Of a DNA stretch of 64,000 bases, positions 30,237 to 39,223 are shown piece after piece; position 1 is the stretch's first letter, and the number at the start of each line of letters is the position of its first letter. The stretch comes from an uncultured Dehalococcoidia bacterium (lineage in GTDB: Bacteria > Chloroflexota > Dehalococcoidia > Lucifugimonadales > JADFKI01), in the NCBI GenBank assembly GCA_958295865.1, contig CATQHF010000006.1, positions 91,022 to 155,021 on the forward strand, read 5' to 3'. The notes under the pieces were generated by a model. That model was not told the DNA's origin and searched no databases. It worked only from the letters and a program-made list of their open reading frames with translations. The translations under genes and the position numbers were made by a program.

Positions 30237-31379
30237 GTGACTGAATCCATAACCCTGAACCGCCTGCGTTTCGCGGCAGTAACCGCTACCGAAAGCACCA
30301 CATGGACATTCGCGGAACTCTACGACACGGACGGACTATGCGCCGTAGCCGAAATCACCTGTGGCGGCAACACGCCTGAAGCGGCGCGCCTCACCGCCGA
30401 ACTCACCGAGCGCCTGAAGTCCACCGCCATCACCGACGAGGGCGACATCGAATCCCTTCTAGGCTTGTCCGCGCCCGACATGCAGGCGAACATCGCCCTT
30501 GCGACCGCCGTCAGCGCAATCCGCAGCGCCGTATCCGACCTGAGCGCCCAGCGACGCGGCATCACCCTCACCGAAGAGCTCGGCGGCGCGCCCCAAGAGA
30601 GCGTCCTACTCTACGCCAACATCAATCGCCACCTGCTCACGCGCGAGCGCACACCCGCCGCATTCGGCGCAGCCGCTGAGATGGCGGTTTCAAGAGGCTT
30701 CACCACTCTAAAATGCGCTCCCTTCGACGGCGTCGCGCCCCCTGCCGCCAAAGACGACATCTTGGACATAGCCGCGCAGGGCATCGAGCGCGTCGCCGCC
30801 ATCCGCGCCGCCGTCGGCGCCGACATCACCGTGCTTGTGGACTGCCACAGCCGCTTTGAGCGACACACCGCCCCGCTCGTAGCCGAGCAGCTCGCCCTCT
30901 CCGCTATCGGCTGGTTCGAAGAACCCCTTGAGCCAACCAAAGACATGGAAGGGCTGGCTCAGGTCGCTCAGGAAGTGTCGATGATAGTCGCAGGCGGCGA
31001 ATGGGGTTACGGACAAAATTTCTTCCGTATGCTGGTGGAATCGGGCGCGGTCAATGTCATTATGCCCGATGTCAAATACTGCGGAGGCGTCAAGGAAGCC
31101 GTATTAGCGGGCAACGCGGCGATGGGCGCGGGCGGCAATGTATCCCTGCACAGCCCGTCCGGCCCTGTATCCCTCATCGCCGGCGGCCACTCGACCGCCG
31201 CCATGCCCGGCGCAATCCACCTCGAGCACGCCGTCTATGAAGCCGACTGGCGCGCCGAACTCGTCGTCCCCCACGAGCGCGTAGAAGACGGCAGGCTATG
31301 GATGCCCGCATCCCCCGGCCTAGGCGCAGCCCTCAACGAACCCACCATCAACCGCTACGGCAACTTCTGGCAGCCCTGA
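30237..31379 (+). CDS. Mandelate racemase / galactonate dehydratase-like enolase-superfamily protein
   Basis: LYANINR, KCAPFDG, VDCH, WFEEP, AGGE, PGLG. Confidence 0.85.
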   Translation: MTESITLNRLRFAAVTATESTTWTFAELYDTDGLCAVAEITCGGNTPEAARLTAELTERLKSTAITDEGDIESLLGLSAPDMQANIALATAVSAIRSAVSDLSAQRRGITLTEELGGAPQESVLLYANINRHLLTRERTPAAFGAAAEMAVSRGFTTLKCAPFDGVAPPAAKDDILDIAAQGIERVAAIRAAVGADITVLVDCHSRFERHTAPLVAEQLALSAIGWFEEPLEPTKDMEGLAQVAQEVSMIVAGGEWGYGQNFFRMLVESGAVNVIMPDVKYCGGVKEAVLAGNAAMGAGGNVSLHSPSGPVSLIAGGHSTAAMPGAIHLEHAVYEADWRAELVVPHERVEDGRLWMPASPGLGAALNEPTINRYGNFWQP

Positions 31380-31445
31380 TGTAGGCATCCCCATCATGTC
31401 CTCGCAATTTGCATCGCTCCATATTCGGCAGCGGGGGAGTTTGAC

Positions 31446-32537
31446 TTGTCAATAGACCCCGTGCTGCTTGCCATACACGACCAGGGAACTCTGTTCGAGG
31501 TAACGCGAGTTATCGTATCCGCTACCGCCGATGTGGACGAACTCATGCGGCGGGTGGCGCGAACCGTCAGGGAACGCCATCAGTACGGCTTCGTTCTGAT
31601 ATATCTCTCACAACCGGACGGCGGCTTGCGCTTGGCGGGTGGCGCGATAGGCAGCGGCGAACCTAACCCCGGCGCGCTCGACGACATCATCAACCGAGTT
31701 GTCGCGCGGTCGCAATCGCGGGTTGAAGCGGGTGGAAGGCTGTGGCGCGTCGCCGTTCCGGTGCGCGATGACGGCAGCCTGCTCGGAGTAATCGCCCTTG
31801 GCTTGGATGGGCCGGTGCGTGTGCGCGGCAGAACGGTCATGCTTGCGGAGACGCTGGCGGGGCAGATTGCCGTTGGCATACAGACCGCCAACCTTCATCA
31901 GCGGCAGATCGAGCTTGCCGCGCAGCTGGAGCGCGCCCGCATCGCCCGCGAAATTCACGACGGCATCGCTCAGTCGATGCACGCCCTGAATCTCGAGTTG
32001 GAATCTTGCGCCATCGTTGCCGAACGGGACGACGACCCCTTGCGCGGGCGGCTGCAAAACCTCGTTGGGCTTGCGCGGAACACGCTGCTGGATATGCGGA
32101 GCTACATCTACGACCTTAGCCCGATTGTACCCGGCGAAGAAACCATCGCCTCGCTCGTAGAGATGCAGACGAGAGAGTTCCAGTCCATATCCGGCATACC
32201 CGTGCGACTGGATATTCAGGGAGAGCTGCCCGAACTTTCCGCGTCCGTGTGCGCCGGCTTACACCGCATCCTTCAGGCGGCGCTGGGGAATGTTCTCAGG
32301 CACGCCGTCGCGTCAGAAGTCATCGTTGCGCTCGCGGCAGAGTCCGGCTCCGTTCGGCTCTCCGTCAAGGACAACGGCATTGGCTTCGACCCCGAACGCC
32401 CTACGCTCGGCTATGGCTTGAGCAACATGCGACACCGCGCCGAAGATATGGGCGGCACATTCGAGGTCAGCAGCGCGATAGGCGCAGGCACGGAGGGCGT
32501 GGTGAGGGTGCCGGTGCCTGGCGTTCCAGCGCGATAG
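31446..32537 (+). CDS. Cytoplasmic GAF-domain sensor histidine kinase (HisKA_3, NarX-like)
   Basis: ERARIAREIHDGIAQ H-box, NVLRHA, DNGIGF, GYGLSNMR. Confidence 0.9.
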   Translation: MSIDPVLLAIHDQGTLFEVTRVIVSATADVDELMRRVARTVRERHQYGFVLIYLSQPDGGLRLAGGAIGSGEPNPGALDDIINRVVARSQSRVEAGGRLWRVAVPVRDDGSLLGVIALGLDGPVRVRGRTVMLAETLAGQIAVGIQTANLHQRQIELAAQLERARIAREIHDGIAQSMHALNLELESCAIVAERDDDPLRGRLQNLVGLARNTLLDMRSYIYDLSPIVPGEETIASLVEMQTREFQSISGIPVRLDIQGELPELSASVCAGLHRILQAALGNVLRHAVASEVIVALAAESGSVRLSVKDNGIGFDPERPTLGYGLSNMRHRAEDMGGTFEVSSAIGAGTEGVVRVPVPGVPAR

Positions 32538-32546
32538 GTAAGCCGC

Positions 32547-32717
32547 TCATGGTAGCCACAATTGCAGAAGGTAAAGCGCGTGCGTAACTATTAGCACCAC
32601 TCCGAGCGCCCGAAACATCCGGCGCTCATAATTCCCGCTCACCATGATGACGCCTATGATGATCGCCGGGATATTCAGCATAGTCACCATTGCGATAGTC
32701 TGCCACAAATCAAGCAT
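32547..32717 (-). CDS. Small two-TM membrane protein (paralog 4, 56 aa)
   Basis: Manual translation MLDLWQTIAMVTMLNIPAIIIGVIMVSGNYERRMFRALGVVLIVTHALYLLQLWLP; GAGG RBS; homologous to 34537-34803. Confidence 0.7.
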   Translation of the reverse strand: MLDLWQTIAMVTMLNIPAIIIGVIMVSGNYERRMFRALGVVLIVTHALYLLQLWLP

Positions 32718-32727
32718 GCCCTCGACC

Positions 32728-33288
32728 TCACTTTCCTGTTTTCAGGTGAAACAGCCAACTGGCAGTCACTGGCGCGAGCGACTCCGCTCTGCGACTGTCC
32801 ACCGACAGCGGAACGCTCCAAGTGGCAAAGAGCGTCAAGTATGGCAGATCGAACACATCAGGCGGTATCTGATGAAGTTGAACTAACCCTTCTGCCGTCA
32901 CACTCATGCAAGAGCTGTCATCGAAGCGCGAGCATTCGTACTTCGCAATCGGCGCTTGGCTGATTGGCTCGCCGGTGTCAGGGTCTATCTCGTCAAACGT
33001 CTGTATCATCGCGTAACTCGGAAACGCATCGGTCGAAAAGCGGACCGAGTAAGGCGGCGCTCCGTTATACGCCGCATCCGGCCACGGAACGGGCATTGTG
33101 GGACGCTTTGCCTGTGGATTAGGCGGAATGTCCCAATCCACGACATAGAGACATCCGACGACCGCAATCTCACCCGATTCCCCCTCAGATACTATCTGCG
33201 CTGTCGGCGGTTCATCCGGCGGCGGATACACTCGAAGATAGGGCGCTTCGACCGTCTGTTCATTGCTGCCATCCGCTATTGGCTTCAT
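32728..33288 (-). CDS. Hypothetical protein, signal-less paralog of the lipoprotein at 35509-36261
   Basis: Shared LRxYPPPDE, VSEG, YEC.R....C, W.FH.K motifs. Confidence 0.75.
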   Translation of the reverse strand: MKPIADGSNEQTVEAPYLRVYPPPDEPPTAQIVSEGESGEIAVVGCLYVVDWDIPPNPQAKRPTMPVPWPDAAYNGAPPYSVRFSTDAFPSYAMIQTFDEIDPDTGEPISQAPIAKYECSRFDDSSCMSVTAEGLVQLHQIPPDVFDLPYLTLFATWSVPLSVDSRRAESLAPVTASWLFHLKTGK

Positions 33289-33292
33289 TGAT

Positions 33293-34213
33293 TCATCCTC
33301 CAATGTCAGGAAATCGAAGCCTTTGGATCAATGGAGCTCCCATCCCTCCAATGTCAGGAAATCGAAGCTCTTGGATCAATGGAGCTCCCATCCCTTCTTC
33401 AAAGTCCGATTGACGCTCCGTTTCCGTTTTCAGCGCGCGCAGCCAATAGGTTTGCTCAGCATGCCAGAAATCCAGCATAGTCCATCCGGCGGGCGACTCA
33501 TATCGGTTCTGCTCCGCGGTCAGCAGACCGCCAATGCTCAAGTGGACGCCGTCCCAATCTTCCGCCGCCGCTCCCCAATTCGGCACAAGCCGCCCATCGC
33601 TGTCCTTTGCCGGATACCTGACGCACAAATTATGCCAGTCGGAAGGTCCGTGAATTTCGAACACCCGCACATCCTCAAGAAAGCGCATCGACCACCACGC
33701 AAGGGGAAACTCGCACACATAATCCCCAACCAGTCCATCGTAGGCGACGAGCTGGGAGGTCAAGTGGGGACCATACTGCGTCGATGTGTCCTGGTTGCCA
33801 AAAGGTTTCTGCGCGTAGCGCTCCCAACGACTCGACGGGTTCTGTGGCTGCTGCCACGCCATAGTTTCCGGTGGCGTGCCATAGATGAACTTGCCCGGAG
33901 TCACGTGTATGGACAGCCATGCCTGCGCGCGCAGGTCTATGTCATGAAACCACCAAGCGGTGGCTGGATGCTCGATAACGGCTCGCGCCTGAGCTGCCTT
34001 CTCCCTTGCGAGAGCCGGCAGCGCAGCGGCGAGCAGGTCGTGGTCAGAGTCGAATCTGCCCACGGAGTCTGCGGACTCTGCCGCCAATGGCAGACTCACA
34101 TTTGGGTCTTCCAGGTCTTCCGGCGAGATCCCGCTCTCATCCAGCATGACCAGAAAAGCGCAGCCAACCAGAGAGTTCAGAAGGTCTTCCACTCGCGTGT
34201 CGGTATTTGCCAT
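33293..34213 (-). CDS. Hypothetical protein (WDxVHL family), paralog of 37364-38305
   Basis: AWWF, RVFEI, WH.LC, WDGVHLSIGGLLT, EQTYWLR. Confidence 0.75.
   Translation of the reverse strand: MANTDTRVEDLLNSLVGCAFLVMLDESGISPEDLEDPNVSLPLAAESADSVGRFDSDHDLLAAALPALAREKAAQARAVIEHPATAWWFHDIDLRAQAWLSIHVTPGKFIYGTPPETMAWQQPQNPSSRWERYAQKPFGNQDTSTQYGPHLTSQLVAYDGLVGDYVCEFPLAWWSMRFLEDVRVFEIHGPSDWHNLCVRYPAKDSDGRLVPNWGAAAEDWDGVHLSIGGLLTAEQNRYESPAGWTMLDFWHAEQTYWLRALKTETERQSDFEEGMGAPLIQELRFPDIGGMGAPLIQRLRFPDIGG
33297..33394. repeat. 48-bp tandem duplication (16-aa repeat)
   Basis: cctccaatgtcaggaaatcgaagc...gagctcccatc at 33297 and 33345. Confidence 0.9.
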
Positions 34214-34258
34214 CCTAATAAGCCTTTCTCCTATTACACCGAACTTAAGATGAATGAG

Positions 34259-34402
34259 TTAGAGCAGCCAGTAGAGCAAGTAAAGCCCGTGCAGAACTAT
34301 TACCGCCAGTCCAAACGCTCGAATTATCCGTCGCTCTTGCCTCCACATTGCAATGATGACGCCCGCGGTGATCGCCGTGATGTCTAGTAGATGTATCACC
34401 AT
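34259..34402 (-). CDS. Small two-TM membrane protein (paralog 3, 47 aa, shortened)
   Basis: Manual translation MVIHLLDITAITAGVIIAMWRQERRIIRAFGLAVIVLHGLYLLYWLL. Confidence 0.65.
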   Translation of the reverse strand: MVIHLLDITAITAGVIIAMWRQERRIIRAFGLAVIVLHGLYLLYWLL

Positions 34403-34481
34403 TTGTGATAGACCTCACTTTCTTGAAATCGGCTTTTCCGGTCGGTATGCCAAGATGACTGCGAGCGGCGCGCCGTTGTGC

Positions 34482-34525
34482 GAATAGCAGCCATGCGGTT
34501 ACACAGCCGCATTGCTGCCGTATTC
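34482..34525. terminator. Imperfect hairpin downstream of the small TM gene
   Basis: gaatagcagccatgcgg-ttacacag-ccgcattgctgccgtattc; paralogous hairpin at 36301-36345; terminator function unproven because there is no U tract. Confidence 0.4.
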
Positions 34526-34536
34526 TCCGTGCTGTT

Positions 34537-34803
34537 CTACGGACTTGCGGTCGCGGTTGGTATGTATTCCGGCATCACACTTGAAGCTCCTGATTCAGCG
34601 CCCACTGGTATTACGCCAAATGCGATGAGAAGAATGATTACCGAGTAGAGCAAGTAAAGCCCTTGCAGAACTATTACCGCCAGCCCGAACGCTCGAATTA
34701 TCCGCCGCTCTTGCCTCCGCCTCGCAATGATGACGCCTGCGGTGATCGCCGAGATGTGTAGCAGAAGCACCAATGCGAACTCTAAGATAATCCTTACATC
34801 CAT
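34537..34803 (-). CDS. Small two-TM membrane protein (paralog 2, 88 aa)
   Basis: Two hydrophobic helices around RRRQERR; homologous to the C-terminus of 36357-37352. Confidence 0.75.
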   Translation of the reverse strand: MDVRIILEFALVLLLHISAITAGVIIARRRQERRIIRAFGLAVIVLQGLYLLYSVIILLIAFGVIPVGAESGASSVMPEYIPTATASP

Positions 34804-34859
34804 TTGCGATAGACCTCACTTCTTTCAAATTGGCTTCTTTAGTCGTCAGTGTTTGGACA

Positions 34860-35429
34860 TTAACCGCCCAATTCTTTCAACCAGTCTGCGATTTGCAGTC
34901 CGGCGAAAGCGCCGATACCGGCGATTGCTCCTATCAGCAATCTTGTCCACAGCCTGACTTGTGGAACGCCCCTGTATCGGAGCAAGGAACGGTGGTCGTC
35001 TGTGCTGTTTTCCGTCTGTAACGGCTCATACTGCCGACGCAAAATCCAGTAGGAATGAGGAATGAGCAACAGCAGTAGAACGCTCGACACTCCCGCGAAC
35101 ACATAGATTGAATCTAAAGTCAGCCATAGCAATGTTCCAAAGGCAGCGACCAGCGTAAGGGCAATCAATGAGTTAAGCCCCGCTCGCAGCCAGATGCCCT
35201 TGTGCGTGGTTATGTCGGGAGTTTGCCATCGGTTGAGAATATGCAGCCTGTCCTTGGGCCAGGTGATGTACAACAATACGGCGACGAGGATGGCGCCCGC
35301 AATCAGCAGGGTGAAACCCCAATCCTCGCTCCGTATGCCCCTCGAAATCATGAAGAACGCCATGTAAGCGAGGAATGCCGCCGGTATCAGATATAGGAGT
35401 TTGGGAAGCCATCGTCTTATCTTCATCAT
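34860..35429 (-). CDS. Hypothetical multi-pass membrane protein
   Basis: About five hydrophobic segments; GGAG RBS. Confidence 0.65.
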   Translation of the reverse strand: MMKIRRWLPKLLYLIPAAFLAYMAFFMISRGIRSEDWGFTLLIAGAILVAVLLYITWPKDRLHILNRWQTPDITTHKGIWLRAGLNSLIALTLVAAFGTLLWLTLDSIYVFAGVSSVLLLLLIPHSYWILRRQYEPLQTENSTDDHRSLLRYRGVPQVRLWTRLLIGAIAGIGAFAGLQIADWLKELGG

Positions 35430-35508
35430 CGAACTCCAACCTAGTATGGCGCTGTTCGGTCAAGTGAAACGGACAACGCCATATTTGGGCTGCATAGACC
35501 GGGACGGT

Positions 35509-36261
35509 TCACTGCGGCAGTCCCCCGGCGCTCTTCACATGAAACATCCAGTTAGCCATCGCGCGTCCGCGCGGCTCGTCTTCGGGGTCGATGCTCCATC
35601 TGGCGAATACCAGAATGTGCGGCAGCTCGAGTACCTCGGCAGGTATGCCATAAACTTCTACGAAGCCGTCCGAAGTTATCCGCATGCATGGATCGGCTTG
35701 ATAGCGGGTGCACTCATATTCCGCAAGAGGATATTCAAGATCGCCAAAATCGCTAATAGGAGTCTCGCCAATGCTGTCGGGGCGGAACATGGCGTATCCC
35801 TCTACGAACACGAAACTAGGCTCCACATCGGTATGAAAGCGAATGACCGAATGTGAACCGTCTATCCGCGTCGCTTCCTGCCACATGAAGGGAAGACTAA
35901 CGCCTGTTGTCTGCGGGGGAGTAGCGGAATTGAACTCCCAATCCGTATTGAGAATGATCCCGTCCGCAACCGATCTGTCAGTCCCCTCGCTGACCACCTG
36001 TACTTTGGGCAGCTCATCCGGCGGAGGATAGTACCTCAGCAGCAGCGTTTCCTCTTCCGAGCCATCCAGGTCTTGTCTCTCTACGCCATCCGGTATTATG
36101 TGCATCCCCCGGTTTGGGTCGGTTGGGGAAGATTGCGCGCATGCCGCGCAGACAAGCAGCGCGACTGCCATAAGCGCCGCTAGGCATGTTCCCAAAGTCA
36201 GGCGCGCCCTGCCGGGTCCTTCCGCCGTGAAGCGCCCTTCTTTCAAACTCAGATAAGTCAT
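35509..36261 (-). CDS. Hypothetical lipoprotein
   Basis: Hydrophobic leader ending in a CAAC lipobox-like site; GGAGG RBS; paralog at 32728. Confidence 0.75.
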   Translation of the reverse strand: MTYLSLKEGRFTAEGPGRARLTLGTCLAALMAVALLVCAACAQSSPTDPNRGMHIIPDGVERQDLDGSEEETLLLRYYPPPDELPKVQVVSEGTDRSVADGIILNTDWEFNSATPPQTTGVSLPFMWQEATRIDGSHSVIRFHTDVEPSFVFVEGYAMFRPDSIGETPISDFGDLEYPLAEYECTRYQADPCMRITSDGFVEVYGIPAEVLELPHILVFARWSIDPEDEPRGRAMANWMFHVKSAGGLPQ

Positions 36262-36356
36262 TTGAAACCTCCTTCGGTGGGCATTATCAACAGGGTAAGT
36301 GAATAGGCATCTATGCGGCTGTGAAACCGCATGGCTGCCGTATTCTCCGTGCTGTT

Positions 36357-37352
36357 CTACGGACTTGCGATTGGGGTTGAGATGTATTCCGGCAGCACAC
36401 TTGAAGCTCCCGCTTCAAAACCTGATGGTATTACAGCAAATAAGATGAGAAGAAGCATCACCCAATAGAGCAAGTGAAGTCCGTGCAGAACTATTACTGC
36501 CAGTCCGAACACTTGAAATATCTGGCGCTCTTGCCTCCGCATTACAATGATGACGCCCGCGATGATCGCCGAGATGTTTAGCAGAGTCACCAATACGAGC
36601 TCCCTGATAACCCCTACATTCATTTGTGATAGACCGCCTCTTGAGCGCAATCCGTCGGGATCAATTCTGTAACTGCTCGTCCCGTCGGCGTACTGGTATT
36701 TCCATATAGAAGGATGCCAATCCGCTTTGAAATCGTCAGATATAGTCATTCCACTTATGACTTCGATCTCAGTGCCTACTGGAATTGAGAGTCTGAAATG
36801 CCCCTTCGCATAGTCGGTATATTCCCATTCACCCCTACCCCCTGAGTCCGAAGTAGTGCGGTCTTCTACGACATCCCAGAAGAAGCGCCCAATGCCGTAA
36901 AGTCTTACATTAGTAGTGAAATGAGGGTCGCTTGTAATCACTGTTCCATCCCAGCACCAGTGAGTGGAAGTAGAGTATTTGAAAAGTTTTAGCCTTCTCC
37001 CCGAAGTGGCGTAGTATGTGATGTAGGCTTCATAGTCGTCACATTCCTCTCCTGACGAACCGGAGGCGCTTGATGCGCCGCCACCTGCGCCAGAAGGACC
37101 TTTCGGCGGAACGACTTCAATGACTGTTTCCACATTGTTGACTACCGCATCAACCACTGCTTGCTGTGCCGCAAGGGACAGCGCGAGAAGTGCTTGTTCA
37201 GCGTCGTCGGCTTCGTCTAGATCGTCAATCAGCGCATTCACCACGTCGGGGTCGGTGTAATCGGGTTCGTCCGCCGCTGCCACACCTCCGGCAGAGTCGA
37301 CGGCTACAATGAGCATCGCCATCAGCATGACCGCTATCAATCGCTTGACCAT
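36357..37352 (-). CDS. Secreted hypothetical protein fused in frame to the small two-TM domain (paralog 1)
   Basis: Signal MVKRLIAVMLMAMLIVAV, acidic helical region, Gly/Ser linker, beta-rich domain (C...HWCWDG), then an 88-aa TM module starting MNVGV. Confidence 0.75.
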   Translation of the reverse strand: MVKRLIAVMLMAMLIVAVDSAGGVAAADEPDYTDPDVVNALIDDLDEADDAEQALLALSLAAQQAVVDAVVNNVETVIEVVPPKGPSGAGGGASSASGSSGEECDDYEAYITYYATSGRRLKLFKYSTSTHWCWDGTVITSDPHFTTNVRLYGIGRFFWDVVEDRTTSDSGGRGEWEYTDYAKGHFRLSIPVGTEIEVISGMTISDDFKADWHPSIWKYQYADGTSSYRIDPDGLRSRGGLSQMNVGVIRELVLVTLLNISAIIAGVIIVMRRQERQIFQVFGLAVIVLHGLHLLYWVMLLLILFAVIPSGFEAGASSVLPEYISTPIASP

Positions 37353-37363
37353 CTCGATACCTT

Positions 37364-38305
37364 CTACTGGAATGTCGGCGTGTGGTCGTCGAGCCGTTCA
37401 TATCTGCTGAACACCCAACGCAGCCACCAAGTCTGCTCCGTGTCCCATCCGTACTGATATGTCCAGCCTGCATCTGACTCGACCGCGACTTGATGCGATG
37501 TCAGCAAGCCGCCCAGCGTGAGGTGAACCGCGTCCCAATCCTTCCTAACCTTTGCCCAGTCCGGTTCCAGATACGAATGGACATCCAGGGTGTCAAGGTC
37601 GAGCAAGTCATAATCGTGGAGCGGGAACCTCATTCGGCGAGTGTACTTCATGCAGAGTTCATGCCATGCGTGCGGGCTATCGACCTCAAACACACGCGCC
37701 TCAGGCGCAGCCTTCATCCTCCAGACCGCATACGGAGGTCCCGCGTATCCATTGCCATATCCATAACCGACATCGCAGATTTGCAGGTCAACCGCCGCAA
37801 GCATCGACGCGGTATCCTCGATGTATGTTGAGGTTACGAATGCCCACATGTCTTGTCTTATGTCGCTATGTATCCAGGCGGGTTCCCCGGGCTGCTCTGA
37901 CGGCGGGTTTCGGTCTTCGGACACCCATATCTGGTTTTCTGTATCCATTGGGGAGAACCACCATGCGGTATCAGGATAAGCCAGGATTTCGCGCGCTAGG
38001 CGGGAGTGTTTGGGAGCTTCCCGACGCAGAAAGCAAAGTTCCTCTTCGCGGGCGTTCTCTATGTGATACAGCTCGACATCATCCGCCGCCTGCGCCGCCA
38101 AGTATATGCTGGTAGCGGGCGCTGCAATCTCGTGGGGTGAGAGACCCGTCGCGGCGGCGATGGCGATGAACGCCTGACCGACGGGCGCGGCGAGCAGGGC
38201 GGCGCCCTTTTCTTCTATGCCTGCCGCGCGGTGGCTGGGGTTCCAGTCTGTGGCGCTGCGGTGATAGGGGCTATGGTTCGAGAAGGGAGTGTTCATTGTT
38301 ATCAT
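37364..38305 (-). CDS. Hypothetical protein (WDxVHL family), paralog of 33293-34213
   Basis: AWWF, RVFEV, WHELC, WDAVHLTLGGLLT, GWDTEQTWWLR. Confidence 0.75.
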   Translation of the reverse strand: MITMNTPFSNHSPYHRSATDWNPSHRAAGIEEKGAALLAAPVGQAFIAIAAATGLSPHEIAAPATSIYLAAQAADDVELYHIENAREEELCFLRREAPKHSRLAREILAYPDTAWWFSPMDTENQIWVSEDRNPPSEQPGEPAWIHSDIRQDMWAFVTSTYIEDTASMLAAVDLQICDVGYGYGNGYAGPPYAVWRMKAAPEARVFEVDSPHAWHELCMKYTRRMRFPLHDYDLLDLDTLDVHSYLEPDWAKVRKDWDAVHLTLGGLLTSHQVAVESDAGWTYQYGWDTEQTWWLRWVFSRYERLDDHTPTFQ

Positions 38306-38317
38306 AGTTTCCGAAAG

Positions 38318-38360
38318 ATGTATTCCGGCATCACCCTTGAAGATCCTGATTCAGCGCCCA
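38318..38360 (-). pseudogene. 3' remnant of the small TM gene
   Basis: atgtattccggcatcacccttgaagatcctgattcagcgccca matches 34562-34604 (GAESGxSxVMPEYI). Confidence 0.7.
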
Positions 38361-38368
38361 TATCTTCA

Positions 38369-39193
38369 TCATCGCACCCTCGTCACTCGAACTGCGAAGT
38401 TGTTCACATCCGGCTTGATGAGTCGGGCTGCATCGACCACGCTGGCGAGCGTCCACCCCACCGCGCTCGGCGTCCATTCTGGCAGCGTAACCGATATGCC
38501 GAGACCCGAACTCGCAGGAGAGATGCGGTGTATTGGCGTCTCAATCCCTGTTCTAATAGAGTATTGCTCAGGCACGGCTACTACCGGCCCGAACTCGAAA
38601 GCGCCAGTGTTCATCCGCCGGAGTCTGGCGACCAACTCCGCCTCGGTATGCTCCCCAAGGAACTCCTCGTCGAATGAGATGAGCGCATCTGCTTTCCCCT
38701 TCAGGGTAGCGTTAAACCAGTTGAGCATAGCGTAGAGACGAGATTGCCAAGGTTGTGTCCTAGGATCTAGGAAATTAGCCGTCACCTGGAGTCCGGACAA
38801 CTCTACGATACCAAATCGGCGAAGTGCATCATGGAAACACTGAATCAACGCCGGCAGCACAAGAGCCGGCTCGATGTCGCGCCGGTGTACCGCGAGCGGC
38901 GCATAAGCCCAACCTTGAACGGGCGCTGACGATGGTCGGGCTGGCTCGAAGTCACCGACATCCAGCCCGACCTGCACCCAGCCGATACGGGGTGTGTCAA
39001 TCCCGGCGGCCAATTCAGCCTCATGCATCGCCCAGAGCATCGGGCGGTCATGAGCCGACATTGTGCTCCACCCCATCATTTCGCTGCGGGATAAGAAAAT
39101 GCTATAGAGGTCGTCCTCGTCCGACACAACTCGTTCTAGGTTCTCGTCATGGAGAATCTGCCCGAAAGCCTCGACAAAAAGCAATAACGACAC
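38369..39193 (-). CDS. Hypothetical protein
   Basis: 274-aa ORF with GGAGAG RBS, co-oriented with the array; no motif recognised. Confidence 0.7.
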   Translation of the reverse strand: MSLLLFVEAFGQILHDENLERVVSDEDDLYSIFLSRSEMMGWSTMSAHDRPMLWAMHEAELAAGIDTPRIGWVQVGLDVGDFEPARPSSAPVQGWAYAPLAVHRRDIEPALVLPALIQCFHDALRRFGIVELSGLQVTANFLDPRTQPWQSRLYAMLNWFNATLKGKADALISFDEEFLGEHTEAELVARLRRMNTGAFEFGPVVAVPEQYSIRTGIETPIHRISPASSGLGISVTLPEWTPSAVGWTLASVVDAARLIKPDVNNFAVRVTRVR

Positions 39194-39223
39194 AACAACT
39201 TCTCTCCCTATGTCCCGAGGTTG

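Noticed and set aside
35430-35500. Imperfect hairpin with GCCCAAA...GTTGGAG ends resembling an integron attC site
   Set aside because: It lacks proper RYYYAAC/GTTRRRY boxes, is not repeated after other genes, and no intI is present in the window.
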